From an uncultured cyanobacterium (GTDB taxonomy: Bacteria; Cyanobacteriota; Cyanobacteriia; Cyanobacteriales; CAWUOF01), in contig CAVUSO010000001.1 of the NCBI GenBank assembly GCA_963744145.1, positions 4,032,001 to 4,096,000 of the forward strand: DNA of 64,000 nt, given 5' to 3'. Made by a program: the position numbers and the translations under genes. Positions 63,795 to 64,000 of this stretch are shown piece after piece. Positions within the stretch are counted from its first letter, which is position 1, and every line of letters begins with the position of its first letter. Under the pieces are notes generated by a model. It was not told where the DNA came from, did not search any database, and saw nothing but the letters and a program-made list of their open reading frames with translations.

Positions 63795-64000
63795 AGAAAT
63801 CAACGTTAAAATTAAGAAAATCAAAAAAGCGATCATCTGCAAGTATTTTAATTTTATCAGAGCCAGAGACAAACCGCAATATTTTTGCTATAGTAGTCAT
63901 AGCTGCCTGAGCTAAAAATACCTGAGTGCGATCATATTCTTCTATCAACAAGACAAAGCTGAATTAAATTTTCAGCTCTTTGCTCTAATTGTTGTCTGTA

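Overview
Cyanobacterial chromosome segment (AT-rich, many HIP1 GCGATCGC sites, genes such as cpcT, pmgA and an SLH porin). About 0.2-23.3 kb is accessory DNA dominated by an Ssp-type DNA phosphorothioation locus (sspB-sspC-sspD ... cysteine desulfurase) that encloses five putative effector genes: GHKL ATPase, small GIY-YIG-like protein, SF2 helicase, second GHKL ATPase and PLD nuclease. The PLD gene is interrupted by an 1816-bp IS110 element. Its non-coding end carries two bridge-RNA-like guide loops that match the reconstructed target and donor sites. Directly 5' of these loops is a complete hammerhead ribozyme core whose predicted cut site falls at the first base of a 5' hairpin, which suggests a self-processing bridge RNA (the top finding). 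About 23.5-60 kb is mostly housekeeping genes, tRNA-Glu, probable 6S and PsrR1-like RNAs, and many REP-like and mini repeats. The right end has an IscB/omegaRNA element with two in-frame inverted 28-bp REP insertions, and a PIN toxin-antitoxin pair. Several small frameshifts, mostly in homopolymers, may be assembly errors. All family calls come from motif recognition by eye; no searches were run.
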